Positions 28,187-42,170 of a stretch of DNA of 64,000 bases are shown here, in pieces. Source of the DNA: the human T2T-CHM13v2.0 reference genome, Homo sapiens; assembly GCF_009914755.1 (NCBI RefSeq), contig NC_060930.1. One strand, written 5' to 3'. The position numbers and the translations under genes are program-made. Numbering within the stretch: the stretch's first letter is position 1; each line of letters starts with the position of its first letter. Below the pieces are notes generated by a model, which was not told where the DNA came from, did no database searches, and saw only the letters and a list, made by a program, of their open reading frames with translations.

Positions 28187-31100
28187 CTAAAGATGGGAAG
28201 AACGCAATTGGAACAAATTAAATTAATTTTATAAAGTAATCAGATTAACTCTAAGAAATAATATCACTGCCATTTTACCCCAGATGAATGTCAATGGGTT
28301 AGACTAGATCTGCCGGAGTCCGTAGTCATGCCTTGGAAACCATTTCTCTGCAGCACATATCTCAGCAGAGGATTTGCACAGAGCTTCCTGTGCAGTGGTA
28401 GGCTCCATGTCATGGGCACCAGAACATTCTTTACTCGTTCTCCATGGCCATTCCTAGAGAGCTGCGCCAGCCCTCTGACAATGAGCAGTAAGAAGCCATC
28501 ATTTTGCTCAGAATGGAGACTGCAACCACATGGAATCTAAAGGAAGCTATGCTGTGTAAACCATGCCACCTACTTGGGATGGTTATTGTCAGTGTTGGTT
28601 GTGCCAGGCCAGTTTCTTGGCTGTCATTTTGCTAACTTGCCTATATATTTGCTAGAAGTTATTCTAAATGAGAGAAATTTCTGTTGCTAGTCCCAAGTAA
28701 ATTGATTGTTTTTAAATTCTGCCTTAAATCAATCCACATTTTAGATCTGTTATTTAAAATCTATTTGACAATGTTGCAAGAAAACACCCACATGTAATGG
28801 AAGTATTACCTTATGGTAATGTGTTTTTAATCACATGAATTATGAAATTACTAAGAAACTTCAATATCAAGGGATAACATTAGAAGGGACCCTAAAAATT
28901 GTCAAGGCCAACTCTCCACCCAGTTCCGGAATCCCTGCCACACACCAAATCCTTCACTCTGTGACACATGGCTTACACGGCCCCCAAGGCTGCTACGCTT
29001 ATTATGCCTGGCTCCAACAAGGTCTCCTCAATTCTGACCATTGCCCATTGCTAGAATCTTAAGTCTCACAAGGAAATAGTACTGTCATTTGTGCTTCATC
29101 TCAGAATTAGAGAAAACATAGAGCTTATTCCCATCTCTTCCAATCAACCACTAATTCCGGAAAATCTCTTTCCTCTGCCTTGAGTTACAGAATGGAGTCT
29201 CACAAGTGTACCTGGTTGAAAACAGATATGGGGATAAGGAGAAGGAGTGGAGAAGGAAGAAGGGCCCTCACTCACCCGCCAAAATATCCTGTGGTATATG
29301 GGATTTTATATATTATTTTTCTATAAAGTGTCTTCAGTAACTACCTCCATGGAAAAATTAATTTGAAAACACAGATAAAAGCAAACAGCAATGAAGAGCA
29401 AAGTTAGGACTTGGCTGGGTATTTAGAAGGCCAAAGCCAGCCTGGGTGAGGTGCTGCAAGGTGACATGTGACAGAGAGAAGCCATTCCAAGGAGGAGCCT
29501 GGGCAAGGAGGAGTGGGGCTGAGCTGCAAAGGGTGGAGACACTGCCACATGAAATTTGTCAGCTGAACGCTGGGCTGATCTGGCCCTCATGCTGAGTTAT
29601 TTGGAAACATTGCCCACTTTCTATCTCTGTCATGATTAGCCAGTAGTATCCTTATTCTAGAGACAACTCTGAGACCATGTTTTTATTCTGTCCTCAACTT
29701 CATGAGACCATATTTTCCTGAGCTCCACTGTTCATTTCATTCTGAATTTATTGGCTCCTTTTCAGGCTCAGTTGTTCTGCCATAACTTTGTTCATAAAGG
29801 CCCTCCCAGAAGTCTGACAAAATGGATTTTGAAAACAGCCCTTGTGAATTTCAGGCTGAAGGAGTAAATATCAAGCTGCAGAGTGTCTCCCAGAACCCAA
29901 TTCTGTATTTGGTCTGATAATGTGAGGCAATGAGAATATAAGTCTTGCTTGGGGCGCACTATTTTTAAACCCCTGAGTGATGCAGACAGATACTGTGAAG
30001 TGAGATTGCACAGGTTTATACATGTTGTTTGAACAGAAAGTTCTCAGGAGAAGGAAGGTGCTATTGAGAAAGCATAGCCAAGAGCAGTGCTCTCTGGGGA
30101 AAGGGGGAGAACAGAGCCTCCGAACAACTGTCTATCATTCCCATTCCCTAAGCTCTCCGGGCTTTGGGCTGGACCAATACTGGAGAACATATACACTAAG
30201 CCAATAAATGTTCAGAGAAACGAGGGGGAAAATAGTTCTACCTGATTCTCTGTCAAGTTTACCAATGGCTGGAGAAAGAACTTGGCAAAGCAATGACAGG
30301 ACTTCAGGACCCACTCAGGTGACTTGAAGAATGACATTTCCCAGGATAGAAAGCTTTTCAGTTATTCTGAGACACTGACTTGAGTAAACCTGAGCAAATC
30401 ACCTCCACAGGGTTCCCATTTCAACTAGCTAAGCTGTATGATTCAGAGCAAACTAAAATGAGAGATAACTGAGGGAGGTTTTTAAGAGAAAACGAGTTTC
30501 GGTATGAAACTATTCCTCTAAGGCATCGACAGCTATGACCAAGTCAAGCAAGAATGCTACCACCATGCACCCAGCTGGCTTCAGAGCAAGCCCTGGCACA
30601 TAATTTACAAACTCTCCACTGTCTGTCTCTCTATATATACACACACTCCTACTATGATATTGTGATAGGTCTGTTTAAATGGGCTGAGTTACTAAAAAGA
30701 ACCAGAAGCATCGGAAGCAGGATCAAGAAGTGCAGTTGTTAAGGACAGCACTAAGCAACATACAGCTGAATTGGAAAACCATTTTAAAAATTTGCAAGAA
30801 ATGAGTCCCTTGAGCTGTGCATGCCCGCATCTTCCAAAGGGCAATTTACAAAGAAGTAAGATTTGATTAAAAAAATAAAAAATACAGGTGTCCCCTCAAA
30901 ATCAATGTCCTAATATAAATACCAGATTCAGTTTTTACTCTAAAACAACTCAGTTATGTGGCCTTCACCTTAGAAGAATAGCCACCATTCTAGAAATGCA
31001 TAGTGAACTAGGCTCTTATATGTAAGGTTCAGTGAATATCCATGGAGAGATGGTGGTGGATGAATGCAGGCACTCCGGGCCCTCAAAATCCAATTTAGCT

Positions 31101-31670
31101 TGGAACCAGCAGCCGCCACTGCTAAGTCCTGCCTTGTGACAGGGTTCCTGGGCATACTCCCTGTCTGCAATTGGTTTTAGGAACTTCAAGACTAGTTGTT
31201 AGGGCTCCTGAGCTGGATCGCACAGCCTCAGAACACACCCAGGTGAGTCAAATTCAGCGTAGGCAGTGTTGTAACATGGAGGACAGGGACAAATAGAATA
31301 AAGGAAAAAGGTCCCCCACCAATCATACCTGATTATCTCCCCAAGTGCAGTGAACTCAATTACCTATCTAAATAAGTGCTGGATGAGACTCTTGCTATAG
31401 TGACAATGAGCAGCTGCCTTTCTCTCTTCCTATCCCTAATCCACAAACACACCCTCATGTCATGAGTGAGCCGGGGTCAGAGAGCTCTTGGAATTACCTA
31501 TTTGTGTGATAAGATTGCAGAAATCCTGAGCAGCATAGAATATCAAGAACCCAAGGCTCTTGGATTCTGGGTGCCAGAGAAGCTCCACTGACGAAAGAGG
31601 CGGAACAGAGTGGTCACTGCAGCTGGTGTTAAGCAGCCTTGTCCACTGTGGCATTGGTCAGCCTCTGGAG

Positions 31671-31882
31671 CAGTGTTTCCCAACTGGGATGATTTTGCCC
31701 CCAGAGGAGAGTTGGCAATCTAGAAACATTTTGGGTTATCACAACTGGGGGAATGCTACTGACATCCAGTGAGTGACATCTAGCCAGGGGTGTTGCTAAA
31801 CACCCTACAACACACAGGACAGCCCCTCAATAAAGAATCACCCAGTACAAAATGCCAGTAACACCAAGGTTGAGAAGCCCAG
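31671..31882 (+). mobile_element. MER20 hAT element
   Basis: cagtgtttcccaactggg...gattttgccccc...gctaaacaccctaca...caggacagcccc...aaggttgagaagccc. Confidence 0.88.
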
Positions 31883-32154
31883 CTCTAGAGTATGCCACCA
31901 ACCCTACTTTGAGTAAGAAGTTGGTTCAAAGGAGGCTTGTCAAGGGTATCAGTGTTTCCCGAAAGGAAGTAGTCATAATATGGTCTGGCCTGTCCTGGTT
32001 GAGGCCTTTGAATTGGGCTTGGTACTTGCTACTTCAGGTCTTATAAACAATTATACAGAAAAAATATATACATAGAAGGGTCCTTGGAACTCCCATAGAT
32101 AAAATTTCCGAAAATCCTACTTTCTGTTTTACAGTCAACAGAAAAAGGTGACAT

Positions 32155-32250
32155 AGGGCAGGGTGTTTTGTTTGTTTTGTAGACTGATACATCCCAAGTT
32201 CCTAGAACAATACCTGGTATATGGTAGACACTCAAAATATATTTTATCCA
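32155..32250 (+). mobile_element. L2 3' end fragment
   Basis: tgatacatcccaagttcctagaacaatacctggtatatggtagacactcaaaatatatt. Confidence 0.7.
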
Positions 32251-32315
32251 GTGAAGAATAGCCTTAGATCCACACAGAATCTTCCTCAGGCCTCCTCATC
32301 ATTGGAGAAATAATT

Positions 32316-32575
32316 GCTAATAATAACTGAATATTTATTGATTGCTTATTAAGTGCTAAGAACTGTTCTAAATGTTTGTTATCTAAATTAACTGAATTGA
32401 TCTTCACAATCACTTTTTATGAAGTAGGCACTATTATTAATCCCCACCTTGCAGATGAGAAGAATTAGGCAAAGAGAAGTCAAATAACTTATCCGAGGTC
32501 ACACAACCAGTAAGTGCTAGGGCCAGGATTCAAACCCAAGCATTCTGGCTCCAGAACCCAGGTTCTTAACATTCC
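32316..32575 (-). mobile_element. MIR
   Basis: atttattgattgcttattaagtgc...gtaggcactattatt...gcagatgagaag...aggtcacac...ggattcaaaccca. Confidence 0.88.
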
Positions 32576-33141
32576 ATAGGTGCCATCCCCCACGGAAGAC
32601 ATCGTATGCACGGCCTCACCCTGCAGTGTCTCACTCAGCCCCAGCGGGAAATATCCCTAACATCAGAAAAAAAGAGAACTTCCTGGCCTAGAATCAGGCC
32701 CTAAAATTATGATAAAGATACTAGTCTAGAATAAGAAAGAGTTGAACCGTCCCCAAGTTCTGGAAGAACTAGGGGAGTCTCTGAGGCTGGGAGGTGATGG
32801 CTGGGTGCATTTGGAGAAGACACTAGTGATTTGCCTGGCTCTCTACTCAGCTTCCTGAACTTTTGTCCTTGACCACCAGCCAGAGTCTCCTCCCACTCAG
32901 CACCCACCCCACCGGCTCAGTGGTGCCTCTGAACTTCATCAGAGAGAACTGGAGGAGCTCGGCTTCTAGCACCTCAGCTTCACTTTGATGTTGGCCTTAA
33001 TGTTAAGCATCTCCTGACCCTGTGCTCCAGGTAACACCCAGTTTGCACCCTAATTCCTCTAGGCCAACAACCTCCTTAGCTTCTGCCATCCCACTCCCTC
33101 CCTCCCAGCGGGGAGCTTTGCTCTTAAAACCCCTTCTTCAA

Positions 33142-33496
<355 letters not shown>

Positions 33497-34486
33497 TCAG
33501 ATTGTCTTGGCTCTGCTGTGATATCCCTACACACTGCTCCCCGGCTCGTACCCTAACCTGCCTGGCCAGCCCTCCCTGATGCCACTGCCTGCCTGGACTG
33601 CCCCCTGGCATTAGTTCCCATTCTTTCCACATGCCATGCTCCACCTGCCCGGACTTGCCACTGCTTGCAGCTGCACTTGCCCTGGAGCATCCTCCCTGCC
33701 CCCTGGGATGGGTGTGCCTGTCTCTAGGTTCTCTCTTCTCAACTGTCTGGGGCAACCACCTCCTGATAGCTGACACCTCAGCTATGACGCTGCTGAGAAA
33801 CCAAGCTAGACCCATGCTGAGGTCAGCAAAACTATACCTCCATTCTCAACTGCTTCCCAGAGCCTGACAGCTGTGCCACCACCTCCAGGAAGTTCTTCCT
33901 AAACTCCCAAGCCGAGTGGACCCCTCATCCTTGGTGAACCTCGAGTACCTTGGATATGTCTCTTTGAGAATACCTATTGCTGCCATGATATTTCTTTTTA
34001 ATATACGTAACAGGACAGAGAATATTCGTTTTGTTAGTATCAGGTATGAGACTTCTCTTAGGGCAAAAATCATTTTCGTTGGGACATATTTTCTTGAGAT
34101 CACTTGGGTTTAGTGAGTTCCTGCAAGAAATAACAGCTGGTACTCAAGCCTTGAAGAAAAGAGCAATACTGTATCACACAAGGAGAGGGATTTGTCTGAT
34201 CCTCAGAACAAATGGGGAGAGTAAAGGAAGATGAAACCTACAAGCATGGAGAGAAAGAGTAAAGCCATCAAAACACAAAAGGCCATATGCTCTGTCATGA
34301 GACCCTTCCCCTGGAAAAGCCTGCCAGCCTTATAAAACTAACGTTATGAATAGATTGTTTTTGGAAAGCAATGATGAGTTTGACTTTGGCATCCAGATTT
34401 ATTTGAAAGGAATCAGAAACAATGTGTGGATCCAGATCCAGAGATAGCCGAATCATGAGACTGCAAGCCCTTGGGAATTAAATGTG

Positions 34487-34491
<5 letters not shown>

Positions 34492-34548
<57 letters not shown>
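34492..34548. repeat. (TA)~28 microsatellite
   Basis: directly visible. Confidence 0.98.
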
Positions 34549-34553
<5 letters not shown>

Positions 34554-34739
34554 CTGCTAAGAGAATAGAAACTACTATGTGAATAATCCTCATGGTGTCT
34601 TATGAAAAATCATTTCAAGAGAGTTACCAAGCCAGTGAAGCCAGTGAATTATACTTTGCTACCTTGCTTGTTTGGACAGAGGGCACAGAGGCCTGGGGGT
34701 TGGGGCCGTCATACTCCTAGGCCTCCAGAGAGCGCCAAA

Positions 34740-34850
34740 GCCAGCCTTCCTGAGTCATTGTGAGGGTGTGGCCCGTGTGGAGCGCCCCAGGTGAAGGGTG
34801 GGGAGTGCTGTCAGAATCCAGGTGGGGTAAGATGGGGTGGGGTAGGGAGG
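34740..34850. promoter_or_regulatory. candidate promoter/enhancer motif cluster (ETS/AP-1, KLF/SP CACCC boxes, G4)
   Basis: cttcctgagtca, gggtgtggc, gggtgggg and ggggtaagatggggtggggtaggg in non-repeat sequence; motif evidence only. Confidence 0.4.
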
Positions 34851-35939
34851 AGCCATTTGAGCGTCTGTTCTTTGCATGTTTTTTGGTCTCACAATTAACC
34901 TCCTAGACTCCTAGAGGCTGGGTGTGAGAGCTGTGTATGTACACACTGGAGACAGAGGGGACTCCAGGCAAGACATGAAAGCTATGAGAGCTTCAGGATG
35001 ACCAACCCAACATAGAAACTTACATTGGCTCTGCTTTGATGCATCCCATCCCTTTACCTGGCCCAATTTACCTAGCCAACTGATTTCACAGCATCAGTGA
35101 GAGGCCTGCAGAAGTTGACCTCAAGTGCTAATTTGAAGGCTATGTAGATTAGGCCCAAGTAATACAATTTCCACAGAAATCATAAAAGCAGGGACTCCAA
35201 GAGACAAAATAATGATCTTATAATTGAATGAGCCACCCATTTACTGCTTGGGATGTTAGCCATTTACTATGTGCTCTAATCAAAAGATGAGGTAGCCTCT
35301 ATTGAAACCACCAGTTCAGGTGATTTCTGATCAGCTGATTTCTATGTGTAATTGACACAAATGAGTATTTGTGTACTGTCTAGACCATGTCACCATCCCG
35401 TCAGAAGCTCAGGCAATACTTATACATGATATGTACTAGAACACATTATTTTCCTGGAAACAATTATAATGCCATTTACTTCCTCTAATGAAAACATATC
35501 TGCCTATATATCATCCACGAGGAATAAAAACAAGGAGGTCTTAAAATGCTCTGAATGAGGCTCTATGACTGGCCCCATTACCTCTTCACAATCAACTGAG
35601 TTCAAAGAAAGAATAAACAATTGCTCACTCTGAGTCTAACTTTAACTAGAGGCTGATGTCATGGCCATTTAGGCTGCAGTGGGATAACATTCAAGGAATA
35701 ATAACTGGAGTCATAGAAGGGATACTTGTACTCTCTAGCCTGAAGCAAACCTATGTTAATTAAGCACTTAGGATTCTCATAGTTGTACTGTGAGTCTCTT
35801 GAGATTGAACACTGACTGCCACCCAATCTCCCACAAATCACCACCAAGTATCAGTAACTTTGACCTTTGAGCACATATTCTTAGCAGGCCGCGCTCTTAG
35901 GGATCCCATGTATTGACTCATTTAATTATGACGTCAAAA

Positions 35940-36090
35940 CACTTACTACCCTCTCTTGACAAAAAAGGAAACTGAGGCTTGGGCAGGTTAAGTAACGTTC
36001 CAGAGGGCATACAGTTAATCCATTGCAGAACGTGGATTTAAACTCAGGAAGCCTGTCTCCAAGACCCACATACCTAAACAATGTGTTACA
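35940..36090 (-). mobile_element. MIR fragment
   Basis: aggaaactgaggcttgggcaggttaagtaac...ggatttaaactcagg. Confidence 0.8.
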
Positions 36091-37065
36091 CCAAATTCAG
36101 AAAACAAGAAAACTCAACGAAAAGGAAAAATGATATGTGAATGGAACATTATAACCAACATACATTAAACTACCTGAACAGGGAAAAACAGAACAAAAGA
36201 AAAATTGAAGAAGAAAAACTATCCCTTCATCAACTCTGCAGTTTTCTCCATTTAAACCTAACCTTGGCCTGAACTACCACAGGGAAATGAGGCCATGGTT
36301 AAAACATAAGGGAAAACCAAAAAAGTTTGCCGCTGGGTTCAGTGTTAGGATAACATAAGGAACTTTCAAGGATAATCTGATTACCCAGTGTTTTGCCTTC
36401 CATGCCAAGATCAGACCCTGAGCCCACAAATAAAATGTTACTCTACTCCACTGATGTGACTGATTTGGGGCAAATCTTGTAATATTTCTTTGATCATTCA
36501 ATCGTAGTCAAGAGGCATCATGGGGACCACCAACTGTGCTCTGGATTGGCATTCAGAGCTGTACCTTCTTCCTATTGCTGTAGCAATACCCCTCCTACTG
36601 AATATAGGTTTCTGGTCTCAGCAGTCACCGAGACAGAGCTCACAAAATAATAGCAACTAAATAAAAGCAACACAGATTTGCAGTCATCTGTTGGTCAAAA
36701 CTCCATTGTTTCTCCATATATAAATCACACACATTAGCTAGAACTGCTTTGTACAGAACCTATGACTACGTTCGCTCAACTGTAAAGTGAAACATCTGCC
36801 CCCGCACAGCCAATACTAATTGCTCTTTCAAGTTGAAAGCCACTTCCATTGTGCAGTGTCCCTCAGTGTCACTTGATGAAGGCATTTTGCCAAAAGCATG
36901 TTGAGCCCTCTTTCTGATCATAACATTAGTCAATACCTTTGTAGCTGGTTTCAGAAGCGTCTCATAAATAGTGCCACTCATACCAATTTTGCTCCAAGAA
37001 GCTCATTTGTGTGAATCCTCAGGTAGAGAAGAGGGTCTCCAGATGCGAAGCAGAAACTGAGAAGC

Positions 37066-37354
37066 AGCCAGACTTGGTGGCTCACACCTGTAATCGCATC
37101 GCTTTGGGGGACTGAGGCAGGAGGATGGCTTGAGTCCACAAGTTCAAGACCAGCCTGGACAACACAGTGAGACCTCATCTCTACAAAAAATAAAAATATT
37201 AGCCAGGCATGGTGGTGCACACCTGTAGCCCTAGCTGCTTGGGAGGCTGAAGTAGAAGGATCACTTAAGCCTGGGAGGTTGAGGATGCAGTGAGCTGTGA
37301 TTGCACCACTCCACTCCAGCCTAGGTGACAGAGAGAGACCGTCTCTCAAAAAAA
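37066..37354 (+). mobile_element. AluJ
   Basis: J-type ggatggcttgagtcc, ggacaacacagtgagacc. Confidence 0.93.
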
Positions 37355-37359
37355 TTAAG

Positions 37360-37680
<321 letters not shown>

Positions 37681-37862
37681 TCAGGAATTGAGGAAGAAAG
37701 TTCTGTCTCCCTTTTGGTTTAGACCAGTATTTTGTTTAGACCTTTTGGGTTAGGCCAGAATTGCCATACTTCAGAGTCACTGGAAAAACTTGAAAAAAAA
37801 AAAAAAATCCTGATCCCTACCCTTAGAGTTCTGATTCTCTAGGTCAGGGATGCCAGGACCAA

Positions 37863-37865
<3 letters not shown>

Positions 37866-37893
<28 letters not shown>

Positions 37894-38186
37894 GAGATGG
37901 AGTCTCGCTCTGTCGCCCAGGCTGGAGTGCAATGGTGCCATCTCGGCTCACAGCAAGCTCCGCCTCCCAGGTTCACGCCATTCTCCTGCCTCAGCCTCCT
38001 GAGTAGCTGGGACTACAGGCACCAGCCACCATGCCCAGCTATTTTTTCTTTGTACTTTGTTTTTTTTAGTAGGGATGGGGTTTCTCGGTGTTAGCCAGGA
38101 TGGTCTTGATCTCCTGACTTCGTGATCCACCTGCCTCGGCCTCCCAAAGTGCTGGGATTACAGGCCTGAGCCACCGCGCCCGGGCC
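37866..38186 (-). mobile_element. AluY (inside a MER5 remnant)
   Basis: caagctccgcctcccaggttcacgccattc; gtgttagccaggatgg. Confidence 0.95.
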
Positions 38187-38838
38187 TGGCCTTTTTTTAA
38201 AGTTTTACAGGTAATTCTGATGATCAGCCTAGGCCTGAGAGCCATTGAAAAAGTAACAGGTTCCAAAAAGCCGTCTCTGCTGCAATTCTTTTCTGTTAGT
38301 TCTAGACCTATTATCAAAATTTATTTTTTTCAAGGTTTTATGTTTATAAAATAAGACCAACTATTATTTAGCCTCTCTTAATGAGTGTTTACAATTGCAA
38401 CACTAGCTTTTTCATATAATGCCAGTATTTTTTTCTAAATCAGAGCAAGTACCACACAGAAGGAACTCCACACATTGACAATGGCCTCGTAGCAACCACG
38501 TTCCTGGTTATCCATAGTAGGAGAGAAACAGGCAAGTTTGACATGTGCTGTAATAAGAAAACACACAAATGTTCTCGGCAGCATAATAAGATACTGCTCC
38601 CTACATCCTGCTTTCCCTTGGAAGTCAGGACATATTTTGGGGAACAGCAAGATAGAATACATTACAAACTAGCAACTATCAAATGCAGAATTTATTCTTC
38701 TCCTTTCTCTAGCCCACTATTTCTTCAGTAGTGTTGACTGTAAACACACTGGTATTACATCAGAAGCTGGGGATATGGGACAGTGCCCAATATCTTCAAA
38801 ATGAAAAATTTAACCAAAGTGTAATTTCTCTCTCTCTC

Positions 38839-39133
38839 TTTTTTTTTTTCGATATGGAATCTCACTCTGTAGCCCAGGCTGGAGTACAGAGGGGCGATCT
38901 CAGCTTGCTGCAACCTCTGCCTCTCAGGCTCAAGCAATTCTCATGCCTCAGCCTCCCAAGTAGCTGAGACTACAGGTACACACCACCACGCCTGACTAAT
39001 TTTTTTGTATTTTAGTAGAGACAAGGTTTCACCATGTTGCCTAGGGTGGTCTTGAACTCCTGAGCTCAAGTGATACAACCGCTTCGGCCTCCCAAAGTGC
39101 TGGGATTACAGGTGTGAACCACCGTGCCCAGCC
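38839..39133 (-). mobile_element. Alu (Jb/Sx-like)
   Basis: full Alu; TSD taatttctct/taatttgtct. Confidence 0.93.
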
Positions 39134-41087
39134 TAATTTGTCTTATTCTATGGGAAGATATTTAAAAATATATATCTTATTAGTTGATTTAATTATTGGA
39201 TGTTAGTAATAGTGTGTGTTTTATTGATCTAGTTACTGACACATGTTTTTAAACGTTAGGTCTGATTAGTTTAGTTCTGAAAAACAGGTTTCTAGAATGG
39301 TGTTCTGCATCCCCCCTGGATGCCTATGAAGCTAAACCTATTGTAGACATGACTTCATTGGATCTCCGTATCAAGGATTAATTCCTAAGGGATTGGATAA
39401 GAAGATGGTATCTGCCGTATGCACTCAGACTGGAGCTGGAAAGGAAAGGCCCTGTCTAGGATCTGTCTTTCCCCCTCACTCCACAAACAAGAAGCAGGTT
39501 TTCAAACCAGAATTAGGCTTATTTTATAAACCAATTTAGGCTCAGAGAGCCATCTGTGTTTATCTCCCACATTTTATCCCCTAAAGCCTTATTTGCAATT
39601 CTCAACCTGTCTCAGCAATACTTCAAAGACCCAAGGGAAGATACGTATTCCATAGTTAGCCTGACACACCAGAGAGGAAGGACTCTTCTAGAGGCAAGCA
39701 CCATAGTGAGTTGAAGCTTGGGGGAAAGAGGAGATCTTAGAAAAAGGTGATATGCTCCAACTGTACCTCTCCATCAGGAAATTCTTCTTTTAGGGAAAAA
39801 TTAAGAAGTTTGACTTTTTTTCCTTATTAGGTAAAGTATGCATATCCTACAGAGATAATCTCCCTGTCTTACACAAAAAATAACTGAAGCCAAGATGTCA
39901 ATGTCTGTCTCCAAAACAACACAGCTGCAAATGGTGGCATAAAAAGTCAGCATTGTGCCACTTAGAGCTTTACATCACTGGTTTTCAAATTTTGCAGCAT
40001 TCTGGCATCCTTTTTGTTTATTATTTTAAATTGTGTTAAAAAATACATAACATAAAATTTACCATCTTAACCAAATTTATACGTTAGTAGACTGAGATAT
40101 ATTCACATTGTTGCACAACAGATCTCCAGAACTTTTTCATCTTGCAAAACTAAAACTCTACACCTGATGAATAACTCCCCATTCCCCCTTCCCCCAGCCG
40201 CTGGCAATCACCATTCTACTTTCTGTTTCCGTAAACTTGACTATGTTAGCTATGTCATATAAGTGAAATCATGCAGTGACTGGCTTATTTCACCTAACAT
40301 AATGTCCTCAAGGTTTATCCATGTCATAGTGTGTAAAGCCATTTTCTTCCTTTTTAAGGCTGAAATATTTTCAGCTGTGTGTACATATTACGTTTTACTT
40401 ATCCATAATTCATTGATGAATGCTGGGTTGCTTCCACATCTTGGTTATTGTAAATAATGCTGCTATGAACGTGAAAGTGCAAATATCTCTTTAAGATCCT
40501 ATTTTCAATTCTTTTGTATAGATACCCAGAAATGATATTGCTGGATCATATGGTAATACTATTTTTACTGTTTCAAAGAACTGTACCATTTTCCATAGTG
40601 GTTGCACCATTTTACATTTGCACCAACAATACACAAGGGTTCCAATTTCTCCACATCCTCACCAACATTTGTTATTTTCTGTTTTGTGTGGTTTTCATTA
40701 GTAGTAGCCATCCTAATGAGTGTGAGGTGACATCTCACTGGGGTTTTGATTTGCATTTTCCTAGTGGTTAGTGATGTTAAGCATCTTTTCATACACTGGT
40801 TGGCCATTCGTATATCATTTTTAGGAAAATATCTATTCAACTCCTTTGCCCATTTTTTAAAAGAGTTATTTGGTTTTTGTTGTTCAGTTTTAGGAGTTCT
40901 TTCTATATTCTGAATATCAATCCCTTATCAGGTATATAATTTGCAAATATTTTCTCCTTTCTATGGGTTGCCTTTTAATCCTGTTGATTGTGTCGTTTGA
41001 TGCACAAAAGTTTTAAGTTTGATGTAATCTCATTTATCTGTTTTTGCATTTATTGCCCGTGCTTTGAGTGTCATATTCAAGAAATCA

Positions 41088-41332
41088 AGCAAACTAACAC
41101 AGGAACATAAGAACACATGGATACAAAGAGGGGAAAAATACACACTGGGGCCTATCAGAGGGTAGAGGATAGGAGGAGGGAGAGGATCAGGAAAAATAAC
41201 TGATGGGAACTAGGCATAATACATGGATGATGAAATAATCTGTACAACAAACCTCCATGACAGAAGTTTACCTATATAACAAACCTGCACATGTACCCAT
41301 AACTTAATATAAAAGTTAAATTTTTTAAAAAA
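41088..41332 (+). mobile_element. short L1PA (PA13-like) 3' end nested in the L1MB
   Basis: ggagagggatcaggaaaaataact-type 3'UTR, aataatctgtacaacaaacc; TSD aagaaatc/aagtaatc. Confidence 0.85.
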
Positions 41333-41832
41333 GTAATCGTTGCCAATTCAAAGTCATAGGATTTTATCCAGTGTTTTCTTTTAGGACTTTTATAGTTTTA
41401 GGTTTTACAGTCTTTAATCTATTTTAAGTTAATTTTTGTATATAGTATAAGCTAGTAAACCAGCTTCATTCTTCTGCATATGGATATCCAGTTTTCCTAG
41501 TACCATTTGTTGAAAAGACTGTCCTTTCCTCCATCAAGTGGTCTTAGTACCCCTGTTGAAGATCATTTGACCTTATGTGCAAGACTTTATTTCTCTGGTC
41601 TCTGTTCTATTCCATTGGTTTATATGTCTGTCTTTGTGCCAGTATCACACTGTTTTGATTATTGCCACTTTGTAATAAGTTTTGAAATCAGGAAGTGTGA
41701 CATCTCCAGCTTTTTTTTTTTTTCAAATTGTTTTGGTTATTCAGGGTCTCTTGAGATTCCATATGAACTTTAAAATAGACTTTTCTATTTCTGCAAAACA
41801 CATCGTTGAGTTCTTGACAGGGATTGCATTGA

Positions 41833-42170
<338 letters not shown>

